Assembly: GCA_965655095.1 (NCBI GenBank)
Contig: OZ296659.1
Coordinates: 70,928,001 to 70,992,000, forward strand
DNA from: Haplodiscus bocki
Taxonomy: Eukaryota
Direction: 5' to 3'
DNA length: 64,000 bases
The notes under the pieces were generated by a model. That model did no database searches. It was not told where the DNA came from and worked only from the letters and a program-made list of their open reading frames with translations. The translations under genes were made by a program, and so were the position numbers. Below, in pieces: positions 28,001 through 43,400 of this stretch (position 1 is its first letter; each line of letters opens with the position of its first letter).

Positions 28001-29899
28001 AAAAAACTTTTAACGACTCAATGGCCATCCACTAAGTTCTTGCTCGCGAATTCACGCTTTACTTTGTTCACGAGGGCCGGCAAGGCAACTTCGAGACTTA
28101 AGTTTGTTTGATCAGTAACGCCCGCACAACAAGAAAGTGACAAGTTTTTTTCAACATTAAAACTGAACCAAATTCGACCACGCCGTGCGACATTTAACTT
28201 GCAACAATTTCGTTAAATACGAACTAACACCACAACGTTTCAAAACGTGTTGGAGACAATTTTCAAAGCACAGACCGTTAGTTATGCCAGAAACAAATGA
28301 AGAAATCAGAGCAGTACAAATTGGAGTTTTTTGATCTAAAGTTTCACATATAATTTTAAAGATTTAATAAAGCGTTTTGAATAAACCCTAGCTGACTGGT
28401 GTTGATGAGAATCTACTCGCGGAAGATAATCATAACAAGTTGAAACCATTCATAATATATTCAGCCCGTTCTTTGAGGAAATCAACTCATTCCTATCACA
28501 TCAAACTTAAAAAAAACTCTCAAGACCACTTAAAGAAGTTTTTCTTTCTGAAATTAGTCAACCCTAACCAAGTGATTGATGAAGAGAGGAATCATAAATG
28601 AAAAATTCTTCGAAACAGAAAAAGGAAGGTAATTCAAAAGTAAAAGAGAAAATCAGCTAGACTACTAGCAGTTTTACACTTGTAATCAGATGATGGAATT
28701 CTGGTTGAGAAAATCGCCAGAATTTTTTCTACCGGTTGACAACTATGAACTGGCCTGAAAGAAACCGCTACGTTGATTTGTTACGCGACGCGAAATACCT
28801 AGTCTTAACTAAAATTGACTGAGGAGTTCACTTATGAAAGAAACAGCTAAAAACATCGGATGACTAGATTCTCCGTTCAAGCGCGAACTTAAAACAGAGC
28901 TATCCGATTGTGCTCAAAAGCAATTCAACCCCTACTAGGTGAGAAAAGGTATTACTTAATTATCCTTAACGGAGCTTCTGTTTTTTTCGTATTTCATTTT
29001 GCGTCAATTAAACGCACATGCAACAAAATTCTGTTTGAATTTGAGCTCGAGAAAATTAGATTGATAATTCAGGGATGAACTTCTGAGTGATAACAAATTT
29101 CCATCAAAAAACGTTGGATGTTGAAGTTGCAAACTTTCTTACTTTGGTTGATATTGGAACAAAGTGAATACAAAACCAAACCTTTATGCGCTTAAACGAG
29201 TACCGTCCACCTTTTAAACTCGCTACCAAGTATGACATTACAATTATTGTTTTTCCAAGCAGAACTTGCCTTGTTTTTATAACAGATATGCTTGTGTTGA
29301 ATAAATTCTTAACAAAACTTTTAACCACTCAAGGGCCAACCACTAAGTTCTTGCTCGCGAAATCACGCTTTACACTGTTCACGAGGGTCGGCAAGGCAAC
29401 TGCGAGACTTAAGTTTGTTTGATCAGTAACGCCCGCACAACAAGAAAGTGACAAGTTTTTTTCAACAATAAATCTGAACCAAAATCGACCACCCCGCGCG
29501 ACATTTAACTTGCAACAATTTCGGTAAATAGGAACTAACACCACAACGTTTCAAAACGTGTTGAAGACAATTTTCAACACAAAGACCGTTAGTTATGCCA
29601 GAAACAAATGAAGAAATCAGAGCAGTACAAACTGAAGTTTTTTGATTTAAAGTTTCACATATAATTTTCAAGATTTAATAAAGCGTTTTGAAGAAACCCT
29701 AGCTGGAGTTGATAAGAATCTACTCGCGGAAGATAATCAAAATAAGTTGAAACCATTCACAATATATTCAGCCCGTTCTTCGAGGAAATCAACTCATTCC
29801 AATCACATCAAACTTCTAAAATTTCTCAAGACCACTTAGAGAAGTTTTTCTTTCTGAATTTAGTCAACCCTAACCAAGTGAGTGATGAAGAGAGGAATC

Positions 29900-32800
29900 A
29901 AAATTGAAAATTTCTACGAAATAGAAAATGGGAGGTAATTCAAAAATAAAAGAGAAAATCAGCTAGACTACTAGCAGTTTTACACTTGTAATCAGATGAT
30001 GGAATTCTGGTTGACAAAATCCCCAGAATATTTTCTACCGGTTGACAACTATGAACTGGCCTGAGAGAAACCGCTACGTTGATTTGTTACGCGACGCGAA
30101 ATACCTAGTCTTAACTAAAATTGACTGAGGAGTTCACTTATGAAAGAAACAGCTGAAAACATCGGATGACTAGATTCTCCGTTCTAGCACAAACTTAAAG
30201 CAGAGCTATCCAATGGTGCTCCAAAGCAAGTCAACTCCTACGAAGTGAGAAAAGGTATTACCTAATTATCCTTAACGGAGCTACTGTTTTTTTCGTATTT
30301 CATTTTTGCGTCAAATAAAAGCACATGCAACAAAAATCTGTTTGAATTTTAGCTCGAGAAACTTATAATGATAATTCTGGCATGAATTTCTGAGTGTTAT
30401 TATATTTTGTTCAAAAAACGTTGGTTGGTGAAGTTGCTAACGTTCTTACTTTGGTTGATATTGGATTAGAGTGAAGACAAAACCAAACCTTTATGCTCTT
30501 AAACGAGTACCGTCCATCCTTTACACTCGCTACCAAGTATGACATTATAAATAATGTATTTCCAAGCAAAACATGCTTAGTATATATAACAGAAATGCTT
30601 GTGTTGAATAAATCCTTAACAAAACCTTTAACCACACCATGGCCATCCACTAAGTTGTTGCTCGCGATTTCACGCTTTACTTTGTTCACGAGGGACGGCA
30701 AAGCAACTTCGAGCCTTAAGTTTGTTTGATCAGTAATGCCCGCACAACAAGAAAGTGACAAGTTTTTTTCAACATTAAATCTGAACCAAAACTACACCCC
30801 CGCGCGACAAACAAATTGCAGCAATCTCGGTAAACAGAAACTAACACCAAAAGTTTTCAAAACGTGTTGGAGACAAAACTCAACGCACCGACCAATATGC
30901 CAGAAACAAATGAAAAAATCAGAGCAGTACAAACTGGATGTTTTTGATCTAAATTTTCAGATGTATTTTTAAAGATTTAATAAAGCGTTTTGAAGAAACC
31001 CTAGCTGGAGTTGATGAGAATCTACTCGCGGAAGATAATCATAATAAGTTGAAACCTTTCACAATATATTCAGCCCGTTCTTTGAGGAAATCAACTCATT
31101 CCTATCACATCAAACTTAAAAAAAACTCTCAAGACCACTTAAAGAAGTTTTTCTTTCTGAATTTAGTCAACCCTAACCAAGTGATTGATGAAGAGAGGAA
31201 TCATAAATGAAAATTTCTACGAAATAGAAAATGGGAAGTAATTCAAAAATAAAAGAGAAAATCAGCTATATTACTAGCAGTTTTACACTTGTAATCAGGT
31301 GATGAAATTCCGGTTGACAAAATCCCCAGATTTTTTTTACGGTTAACAACTATGAACAGGCCTGAGAGAAATCGCTCGGTTGATTCGGTATGCAAAATAC
31401 CTAGTCTTAACTAAAATTGACTTAGGAGTTCACTCATAAAAGAAACAGGTAGAAACATCGGATGACTAGTTTCTCCGTTCTAGCGCAAAGTTAAAACAGA
31501 GCTATCCGATGGTGCTCAAAAGCAATTCAACTCCTACGAGGTGAGAAAATATATTAATTAATTATCCTTAACGGAGCTACTGTTATTTTCGTATTTCAAT
31601 TTTGCGTCAATTAAAAGCACATGCAACAATATTATGTTTGAATTTTAGCTCGAGAAATTTAGGTTGATAATTCTGGCATGAACTTCTGAGTGATAACAAA
31701 CTTCCATCAAAAAACGTTGGATGGTGAAGTTGCTAACGTTCTTACTTTGGTTGATGTTGGAATAGAGTGAATACAAAACCAAACCTTTATGCGGTTAAAC
31801 GAGTACCGTCTACTTTTTAAACTCGCTACCAAGTATGCCATTATAATTAATGTATTTCCAAGCAAAACATGCTTAGTATATATAACAGAAATGCTTGTGT
31901 TGAATAAATCCTTAACAAAACCTTTAACCACACCATGGCCATCCACTAAGTTGTTGCTCGCGATTTCACGCTTTACTTTGTTCACGAGGGACGGCAAAGC
32001 AACTTCGAGCCTTAAGTTTGTTTGATCAGTAATGCCCGCACAACAAGAAAGTGACAAGTTTTTTTCAACATTAAATCTGAACCAAAACTACACCCCCGCG
32101 CGACAAACAAATTGCAGCAATCTCGGTAAACAGAAACTAACACCAAAAGTTTTCAAAACGTGTTGGAGACAAAACTCAACGCACCGACCAATATGCCAGA
32201 AACAAATGAAAAAATCAGAGCAGTACAAACTGGATGTTTTTGATCTAAATTTTCAGATGTATTTTTAAAGATTTAATAAAGCGTTTTGAAGAAACCCTAG
32301 CTGGAGTTGATGAGAATCTACTCGCGGAAGATAATCATAATAAGTTGAAACCTTTCACAATATATTCAGCCCGTTCTTTGAGGAAATCAACTCATTCCTA
32401 TCACATCAAACTTAAAAAAAACTCTCAAGACCACTTAAAGAAGTTTTTCTTTCTGAATTTAGTCAACCCTAACCAAGTGATTGATGAAGAGAGGAATCAT
32501 AAATGAAAATTTCTACGAAATAGAAAATGGGAGGTAATTCAAAAACAAAAGAGAAAATCAGCTAGACTACTAGCAGTTTTACACTTGTAATCAGATGATG
32601 GAATTCTGGTTGACAAAATCCCCAGAATATTTTCTACCGGTTGACAACTATGAACTGGCCTGAGAGAAACCGCTACGTTGATTTGTTACGCGACGCGAAA
32701 TACCTAGTCTTAACTAAAATTGACTGAGGAGTTCACTTATGAAAGAAACAGCTGAAAACATCGGATGACTAGATTCTCCGTTCTAGCACAAACTTAAAGC

Positions 32801-34470
32801 AGAGCTATCCAATGGTGCTCCAAAGCAAGTCAACTCCTACGAAGTGAGAAAAGGTATTACCTAATTATCCTTAACGGAGCTACTGTTTTTTTCGTATTTC
32901 ATTTTTGCGTCAAATAAAAGCACATGCAACAAAAATCTGTTTGAATTTTAGCTCGAGAAACTTATAATGATAATTCTGGCATGAATTTCTGAGTGTTATT
33001 ATATTTTGTTCAAAAAACGTTGGTTGGTGAAGTTGCTAACGTTCTTACTTTGGTTGATATTGGATTAGAGTGAAGACAAAACCAAACCTTTATGCTCTTA
33101 AACGAGTACCGTCCATCCTTTACACTCGCTACCAAGTATGACATTATAAATAATGTATTTCCAAGCAAAACATGCTTAGTATATATAACAGAAATGCTTG
33201 TGTTGAATAAATCCTTAACAAAACCTTTAACCACACCATGGCCATCCACTAAGTTGTTGCTCGCGATTTCACGCTTTACTTTGTTCACGAGGGACGGCAA
33301 AGCAACTTCGAGCCTTAAGTTTGTTTGATCAGTAATGCCCGCACAACAAGAAAGTGACAAGTTTTTTTCAACATTAAATCTGAACCAAAACTACACCCCC
33401 GCGCGACAAACAAATTGCAGCAATCTCGGTAAACAGAAACTAACACCAAAAGTTTTCAAAACGTGTTGGAGACAAAACTCAACGCACCGACCAATATGCC
33501 AGAAACAAATGAAAAAATCAGAGCAGTACAAACTGGATGTTTTTGATCTAAATTTTCAGATGTATTTTTAAAGATTTAATAAAGCGTTTTGAAGAAACCC
33601 TAGCTGGAGTTGATGAGAATCTACTCGCGGAAGATAATCATAATAAGTTGAAACCTTTCACAATATATTCAGCCCGTTCTTTGAGGAAATCAACTCATTC
33701 CTATCACATCAAACTTAAAAAAAACTCTCAAGACCACTTAAAGAAGTTTTTCTTTCTGAATTTAGTCAACCCTAACCAAGTGATTGATGAAGAGAGGAAT
33801 CATAAATGAAAATTTCTACGAAATAGAAAATGGGAAGTAATTCAAAAATAAAAGAGAAAATCAGCTATATTACTAGCAGTTTTACACTTGTAATCAGGTG
33901 ATGAAATTCCGGTTGACAAAATCCCCAGATTTTTTTTACGGTTAACAACTATGAACAGGCCTGAGAGAAATCGCTCGGTTGATTCGGTATGCAAAATACC
34001 TAGTCTTAACTAAAATTGACTTAGGAGTTCACTCATAAAAGAAACAGGTAGAAACATCGGATGACTAGTTTCTCCGTTCTAGCGCAAAGTTAAAACAGAG
34101 CTATCCGATGGTGCTCAAAAGCAATTCAACTCCTACGAGGTGAGAAAATATATTAATTAATTATCCTTAACGGAGCTACTGTTATTTTCGTATTTCAATT
34201 TTGCGTCAATTAAAAGCACATGCAACAATATTATGTTTGAATTTTAGCTCGAGAAATTTAGGTTGATAATTCTGGCATGAACTTCTGAGTGATAACAAAC
34301 TTCCATCAAAAAACGTTGGATGGTGAAGTTGCTAACGTTCTTACTTTGGTTGATGTTGGAATAGAGTGAATACAAAACCAAACCTTTATGCGGTTAAACG
34401 AGTACCGTCTACTTTTTAAACTCGCTACCAACTATGCCATTATAATTAATGTATTTCCAAGCAAAACATG
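29900..34470 (+). repeat. Recent 2-unit (2,599-bp) duplication within the array
   Basis: ORF pairs 30493/33092, 30736/33335 and 31789/34388 are all offset by 2599. The ACGCGACGCG insertion is shared at ~30090 and ~32690. Boundaries are approximate. Confidence 0.85.
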
Positions 34471-37400
34471 CCTAGTTTATATAACAGAAATGCTTGTGTT
34501 GAATAAATTCTTATCAAAACCTTTAACCACTCCATGGCCATCCAATAAGTTCTTGCTCGCGAATTCACGCTTTACTGTGTTCACGAGGGCCGGCAAGGCA
34601 ACTTCGAGCCTTAAGTTTGTTTGATCAGTAATGCCCGCACAACAAGAAAGTGACGATTTTTTTTCAAAATTGAATCTGAACCTAAATCGACCAACCCGCA
34701 CGACATATAACTTGCAACAATTTCGGTAAATAGGAACTAACACCACAACGTTTCAAAAAGTGTTGGAGACAATTTTCAACGCACAGACCGATAGTTATGC
34801 CAGAAACAAATGAAAAAATCAGAGCAGTACAAATTGGAGTTTCTTGATTTAAAGTTTCACATGTATTTTTAAAGATTTAATAAAGCGTTTTGAAGAAACC
34901 CTAGCTGGAATTGATGAGAATCTCCCCTCGGAAGATAATCACAAGAAGTTGAAACCATTCACAATATATTCAGCCCGTTCTTTGAGGAAATCAACTCATT
35001 CCAATCACAAAAAATTTCTTAAAACTCTCAAGACCACTTAGAAGCTTTTCTTTCTGAATTCAGTCAACCCTAACTAAGTGATTGATGAAGAGAGGAATCA
35101 TAATTAAAAATTTCGAGTTAGAAAATGGGAGGTGATTCAAAAGTAAAAGAGAAAATCAACTAGATTACTAGCCGTTTTACACTTGTAATCAGGTGTTGGA
35201 TTTCTGATTGACAAAATTCCCACAATTTTTTCTACCGGTTGTCAACTATGAACTGGCCTGAGAGAAACCGCTAGGTTGATTCGTAACGCGAAAAACCTAG
35301 TCTTAACTAAAAGTGACTTAGGAGTTCACTTATGAAAGAAACAGCTAGAAACATCGAATGACTAGATTCTCCGTTCTAGTGCAAACTTAAAACAGAGCTA
35401 TCCGATGGTGCTCAAAAGCAATTCAACTCCTACGAGGTGAGAAAATATATTATTTAATTATCCTTAACGGAGCTACTGTTATTTTCATATTTCATTTTTG
35501 CGTCAATTAAAAGCACATGCAACAATATTATGTTTGAATTTTAGCTCGAGAAATTTAGGTTGATAATTCTGGCATGAACTTCTGAGTGATAACAAACTTC
35601 CATCAAAAAACGTTGGATGGTGAAGTTGCTAATGTTCTTACTTTGGTTGATATTGGAATAGAGTGAATACAAAACGAAATCTTTATGCGGTTAAACGAGT
35701 ACCGTCCACCTTTTAAACTCGCTACCAAGTATGACTTTACAATTGATGTATTTGCAAGCAAAACTTGCCTAGTTTATAAAACAGAAATGCTTGTGTTGAG
35801 TAAATTCTTAACAAAACTTTTAACCATTCAATGGCCATCCACTAAGTTCTTGCTCGCGAATTCACGCTTTAATTTGTTCACGAGGGCCGGCAAGGCAACT
35901 TCGAGACTTAAGTTAGTTTGATCAGTAACGCACGCACAACCAGAATGTGACAAGTTTTTTTCAACATTAAATCTGAACCAAAATCGACCACCCCGCGCGA
36001 CATTTAACTTGCAACAATTTCGGTAAATAGGAACTAACACCACAACGTTGTAAAACGTGTTGGAAACAATTTTCAACGCACAGACCGTTAGTTATGCCAG
36101 AAACAAATGAAGAAACCGAGCAGTACAAATTGGAATTTTTCGATCTAAAGTTTCACATATAATTTTAAAGATTTAGTAAATCGTTTTGAAGACACCCTAG
36201 CTGGAGTTGATTAGAATCTACTCGCGGAAAATAATCATGAAAAGTTGAAACCGTTCACAATATATTCAGCCCGTTCGATGAGGTAAATAACTCATTCCAA
36301 TCACATCAAAATTCTAAAAACTCTCAAGACCAGTTAGAGAAGTTTTTCTCTCTGAATTTAGTCAACCCTAACTAAGTGATTGATGAAGAGAGGAATCATA
36401 GATGAAAAATTTAGAAAAAGAAAAAAGGAGATAATTCAAAAGTAAAAGAGAAAATCAGCTAGATTACTAGCAGTTTTACACTTGTAATCAGATGATGGAT
36501 CTCTGGTTGACAAAATCCCCAGCTTTTATTCTACCGGTTGTCAACTATGAACTGGCCTGAGAGAAACCGCTAGGTTGATTCGTTTCGCGAAATACCTAGT
36601 CTTAACTAAAACTGAATTAGGAGTTCACTTATGAAAGAAACAGCTAGAAACATCGAATGACTAGATTCTCCGTTCTAGCGCAAACTTAAACAGAGCTATC
36701 CGATGGTGCTCAAAAGCAATTCAACTCCTACGAGGTGAGAAAATATAATAATTAATTATCCTTAACGGAGCTACTGTTATTTTCGTATTTCATTTTTGCG
36801 TCAATTAAAAGCACATGCATTAATATTATGTTTTAACTTTAGCTCGAGAAATTTAGGTTGATAATTCTGGCATGAACTTCTGAGTGATAACAAATTTCCA
36901 TCAAAAAACGTTGGATGGTGAAGTTGCTAATGTTCTTACTTTGGTTGATATTGGAATAGAGTGAATACAAAACCAAAGCTTTATGCGGTTAAACGAGTAC
37001 CGTCCACCTTTTAAACTCTGCTACCAAGTATGACTTTACAATTAATGTTTTTCCAAGCAAAACTTGCCTAGTTTATATAACAGAAATGCTTGTGTTGAAT
37101 AAAATCTTAACAAAACCTTTAACCACTCAATGGCCATCCACTAAGTTCTTGCTCGCGAATTCACTCTTCACTTTGTTCACGAGGGCCGGCAAGGCAACTT
37201 CGACACTTAAGGTTGTTTGATCAGTAACGCCCGCACAACGAGAATGTGACAAGTTTTTTTCAACATTAAATCTGAACCAAAATCGACCACCCCGCGCGAC
37301 ATTTAACTTGCAACAATTTCGGTAAATAGGAACTAACACCACAACGTTGTAAAACGTGTTGGAAACAATTTTCAACGCACAGACCGTTAGTTATGCCAGA

Positions 37401-40400
37401 AACAAATGAAGAAACCGAGCAGTACAAATTGGAATTTTTCGATCTAAAGTTTCACATATAATTTTAAAGATTTAGTAAATCGTTTTGAAGACACCCTAGC
37501 TGGAGTTGATTAGAATCTACTCGCGGAAAATAATCATGAAAAGTTGAAACCGTTCACAATATATTCAGCCCGTTCGATGAGGTAAATAACTCATTCCAAT
37601 CACATCAAAATTCTAAAAACTCTCAAGACCAGTTAGAGAAGTTTTTCTCTCTGAATTTAGTCAACCCTAACTAAGTGATTGATGAAGAGAGGAATCATAG
37701 ATGAAAAATTTAGAAAAAGAAAAAAGGAGATAATTCAAAAGTAAAAGAGAAAATCAGCTAGATTACTAGCAGTTTTACACTTGTAATCAGATGATGGATC
37801 TCTGGTTGACAAAATCCCCAGCTTTTATTCTACCGGTTGTCAACTATGAACTGGCCTGAGAGAAACCGCTAGGTTGATTCGTTTCGCGAAATACCTAGTC
37901 TTAACTAAAACTGAATTAGGAGTTCACTTATGAAAGAAACAGCTAGAAACATCGAATGACTAGATTCTCCGTTCTAGCGCAAACTTAAACAGAGCTATCC
38001 GATGGTGCTCAAAAGCAATTCAACTCCTACGAGGTGAGAAAATATAATAATTAATTATCCTTAACGGAGCTACTGTTATTTTCGTATTTCATTTTTGCGT
38101 CAATTAAAAGCACATGCATTAATATTATGTTTTAACTTTAGCTCGAGAAATTTAGGTTGATAATTCTGGCATGAACTTCTGAGTGATAACAAATTTCCAT
38201 CAAAAAACGTTGGATGGTGAAGTTGCTAATGTTCTTACTTTGGTTGATATTGGAATAGAGTGAATACAAAACCAAAGCTTTATGCGGTTAAACGAGTACC
38301 GTCCACCTTTTAAACTCTGCTACCAAGTATGACTTTACAATTAATGTTTTTCCAAGCAAAACTTGCCTAGTTTATATAACAGAAATGCTTGTGTTGAATA
38401 AAATCTTAACAAAACCTTTAACCACTCAATGGCCATCCACTAAGTTCTTGCTCGCGAATTCACTCTTCACTTTGTTCACGAGGGCCGGCAAGGCAACTTC
38501 GACACTTAAGGTTGTTTGATCAGTAACGCCCGCACAACGAGAATGTGACAAGTTTTTTTCAACATTAAATCTGAACCAAAATCGACCACCCCGCGCGACA
38601 TTTAACTTGCAACAATTTCGGTAAATAGGAACTAACACCACAACGTTGTAAAACGTGTTGGAAACAATTTTCAACGCACAGACCGTTAGTTATGCCAGAA
38701 ACAAATGAAGAAATCAGAGCAGTACAAATTGGAGTTTTTTGATCTAAAGTTTCACATATAAATTTAAAGATTTAAAAAAGCGTTTTGAAGAAACCCTAGC
38801 TGGTGTTGATAAGAATCTACTCGCAGAAGACAATCCTAACAATTTGAAACCATTCACAATATATTCAGCCCGTTCTTTGAGGAAATCAACTCTTTCTAGT
38901 CACATCAAACTTCTAGAAAATCTCAAGACCACTTAGAGAAGTTTTTCTGTCTGAATTTAGTCAACCCTAACCAAGTGATTGAGGAAGAGAGGAATCAAAA
39001 ATGAAAATTTCTTCGAAATAGAAAATGGGAGGTAATACAAAAGTAAAAGAGAAAATCAGCTAGATTACTAGCAGTTTTACACTTGTAATCAGGTGTTGGA
39101 ATTCTGACTGACAAAATTTCCACAATTTTTTCTACCGGTTGACAACTATGAGCTTGCCTGAGAGAAACCGCTAGGCTGATTCGTTACGCGAAATACCTAG
39201 TCTCAACTAAAATTGACTTAAGAGTTCACTTATGAAAGAAACAGCTAAAAATATCGGATGACTAGATTCACCGTTCAAGCGCAAACTTAAAACAGAGCTA
39301 TCCGATGGTGCTCCAAAGCAAGTCAACTCCTACGAAGTGAGAAAAGGTATTAATTAATTATCCTTAACGGAGCTACTGTTATTTTCGTATTTCATTTTTG
39401 CGTCAATTAAAAGCACATGCAACAATATTATGTTTGAATTTTAGCTCGAGCATTTTAGATTGAAACTTCTGGCAAGAACTTCTGAGTGTTAACAAAGTTC
39501 CATCAAAAAACGTTGGATGGTGAAGTTGCTAATGTTCTTACGTTGGTTGATGTTGGAAGAGAGTGAATACAAAACGAAAGATTTATGCGGTTAAACGAGT
39601 ACCGTCCACCTTTTAAACTCGCTACCAAGTATGCCATTATAATTAATGTATTTCCAAGCAAAACATGCCTAGTTTATTCAAAAGAAATGCTTGTGTTGGA
39701 TAAAATCTTAACAAAACATTTAACCCCTTAATGGCCATCCACTAAGTTCTTGCTCGCGAATTCACGCTTTACTTTGTTCACGAGGGCCGGCAAGGCAACT
39801 TCGAGACTTAAGTTTGTTTCATCAGTAAGGCCCGCACAACAAGAAAGTGACTAGTTTTTTTCAACATTAAATCTGAACCAAAATCGACCACCCCGCGCGA
39901 CATATAAGTTGCAACAAATTCGGTAAATAGGAACTAACACCACAACGTTTCAAAACGTGTTGGAGACAATTTTCAACGCACAGACCGTTAGTTATGCGCG
40001 AAACAAATGAAGAAATCAAAGCAGTACAAACTGAAGTTTTTTGATCTAAAGTTTCACATATAATTTTTAAGATTTAATAAAGCGTTTTGAAGAAACCCTA
40101 GCTGGAGTTGATAAGAATCTACTCGCGGAAGATGATCATAATAAGTTGAAACCATTCACAAAATATTCAGGCCGTTCTTTGAGGAAATCAACTCATTCCA
40201 ATCACATCAGACTTCTAAAAACTCACAAGACCACTTAGAGAAGCTTTTCTTTCTGAATTTAGTCAACCCTAACCAAGTGATTGATGAAAAGAGGAGTCAA
40301 AAATGAAAATTTCTTCGGAATAGAAAATGGGAGGTAATTCAAAAGTAAAAAGCAAAAACAGCTAGATTACTATTAGTTTTACACTTGTAATCACGTGATG

Positions 40401-43400
40401 GAATTCTGGTTGACAAAATCCCCAGATTTTTTTCTACCGGTTGACAACTATGAACTGGCCTGAGAGAAACCGCTAAGTTGATTCGTTACGCGAAAAACCT
40501 AGTCTTAACTAAAAGTGACTTAGGAGTTCACTTATGAAAGAAACAGCTAGAAACATCGAATGACTAGATTCTCCGTTCTAGCGCAAACTTAAAACAGAGC
40601 TATCCGATGGTGCTCAAAAGCCATTCAACTCCTACGAGGTGAGAAAATATATTAATTAATTATCCTTAACGGAGCTACTGTTATTTTCGTATTTCATTTT
40701 TGCGTCAATTAAAATCACATGCAACAATATTATGTTTGAAACTTAGCTCGAGAGTTTTAGATTGAAAATTCTGGCATGAACTTCTGAGTTTTAACAAACT
40801 TTGATCAAAAAACGTTGGATGGTGAAGTTGCTAACGTTCTTACTTTGGTTGATATTGGAATAGAGTGAATACAAAACCAAACCTTTATCCGGTTAAACGA
40901 GTACCGTCCACCTTTTAAACTCGCTACCAAGTATGCCATTGTAATTAATGTTTTTCCAAGCAAAACTTGCCTAGTTTATATAACAGAAATGCTTGTAATG
41001 AATAAATTCCTAACAAAACCTTTAACCACTCAATGGCCATCCACTAAGTTCTTGCTCGCGAATTCACGCTTTACTTTGTTCACGAGGGCCGGCAAGGCAA
41101 CTTCGAGACCTAAGTTTGTTTGATCAGTAACGCCCGCACAACAAGAAAGTGACAAGTTTTTTTCAACATTAAATCTGAACCAAAATCGACCAACCCGCGC
41201 GAAATTTAACTTGCAACAATTTCGGTAAATAGGAGCTAACACCACAACGTTTCGAAACGTGTTGGAGACAATTTTCAACGCACAGACCGTTAGTTATGCC
41301 AGGAACAAATGAAGAAATCAGAGCAGTACAAACTGAAGTTTTTTGATCTAAAGTTTCACATATAATTTTAAAGATTTAATAAAGCGTTTTGAAGAAACCC
41401 TAGGTGGAGTTGATGAAAATCTACTCGCGGAAGACAATCATAATAAGTTGAAACCATTCACAATAAATTCAGGCCGTTCTTTGAGGAAATCAACTCATTC
41501 CAATCACATCAAACTTCTAAAAACCCTCAAGACCTCTTAGAGAAGTTTTTCTTTCTGAATTTAGTCAACCCTAACCAAGTGATTGATGAAGAGAGGAATC
41601 ATAATTGAAAATTTCTTCTAAATAGAAAATGGGAGGTGATTCAAAAGTAAAAGAGAAAATCAACTAGATTACTAGCCGTTTTACACTTGTAATCAGGAGT
41701 TGGAATTCTGGTTGACAAGATCCCCAGATTTTTTTTCCACCGGTTGACAACTATCAACTGGCCTGAGAGAAACCGCTAAGTTGATTCGTTACGCGAAATA
41801 CCTAGTCTTAACTAAAAGTGACTTAGGAGTTCACTTATGAAAGAAACAGCTAGAAACATCGAATGACTAGATTCTCCGTTCTAGCGCAAACTTAAAACAG
41901 AGCTATCCGATGGTGCTCAAAAGCAATTCAACTCCTACGAGGTGAGAAAATATATTAATTAATTATCCTTAACGGAGCTACTGTTATTTTCGTATTTCAA
42001 TTTTGCGTCAATTAAAAGCACATGCAACAATATCATGTTTGAACTTTAGCTCGAGAGTTTTAGATTGAAAATTCTGGCATGAACTTCTGAGTTTTAACAA
42101 ACTTTGATCAAAAAACGTTGCATGGTGAAGTTGCTAACGTTCTTACTTTGGTTGATATTGGAATAGAGTGAATACAAAACCAAACCTTTATCCGGTTAAA
42201 CGAGTACCGTCCACCTTTTAAACTCGCTACCAAGTATGCCATTGTAATTAATGTTTTTCCAAGCAAAACTTGCCTAGTTTATATAACAGAAATGCTTGTA
42301 ATGAATAAATTCCTAACAAAACCTTTAACCACTCAATGGCCATCCACTAAGTTCTTGCTCGCGAATTCACGCTTTACTTTGTTCACGAGGGCCGGCAAGG
42401 CAACTTCGAGACCTAAGTTTGTTTGATCAGTAACGCCCGCACAACAAGAAAGTGACAAGTTTTTTTCAACATTAAATCTGAACCAAAATCGACCAACCCG
42501 CGCGAAATTTAACTTGCAACAATTTCGGTAAATAGGAGCTAACACCACAACGTTTCGAAACGTGTTGGAGACAATTTTCAACGCACAGACCGTTAGTTAT
42601 GCCAGGAACAAATGAAGAAATCAGAGCAGTACAAACTGAAGTTTTTTGATCTAAAGTTTCACATATAATTTTAAAGATTTAATAAAGCGTTTTGAAGAAA
42701 CCCTAGGTGGAGTTGATGAAAATCTACTCGCGGAAGACAATCATAATAAGTTGAAACCATTCACAATAAATTCAGGCCGTTCTTTGAGGAAATCAACTCA
42801 TTCCAATCACATCAAACTTCTAAAAACCCTCAAGACCTCTTAGAGAAGTTTTTCTTTCTGAATTTAGTCAACCCTAACCAAGTGATTGATGAAGAGAGGA
42901 ATCATAATTGAAAATTTCTTCTAAATAGAAAATGGGAGGTGATTCAAAAGTAAAAGAGAAAATCAACTAGATTACTAGCCGTTTTACACTTGTAATCAGG
43001 AGTTGGAATTCTGGTTGACAAGATCCCCAGATTTTTTTTCCACCGGTTGACAACTATCAACTGGCCTGAGAGAAACCGCTAAGTTGATTCGTTACGCGAA
43101 ATACCTAGTCTTAACTAAAAGTGACTTAGGAGTTCACTTATGAAAGAAACAGCTAGAAACATCGAATGACTAGATTCTCCGTTCTAGCGCAAACTTAAAA
43201 CAGAGCTATCCGATGGTGCTCAAAAGCAATTCAACTCCTACGAGGTGAGAAAATATATTAATTAATTATCCTTAACGGAGCTACTGTTATTTTCGTATTT
43301 CAATTTTGCGTCAATTAAAAGCACATGCAACAATATCATGTTTGAACTTTAGCTCGAGAGTTTTAGATTGAAAATTCTGGCATGAACTTCTGAGTTTTAA

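Noticed and set aside
6019-42581. Recurrent 62-116 aa ORFs on both strands in the array (e.g. MRLNEYRPPFKLATKY..., MKIVSNTF...) as a tandem gene family
   Set aside because: They are present in only some units, overlap on opposite strands, are often broken by stops or frameshifts and often use non-ATG starts. They recur only because the DNA is repeated.
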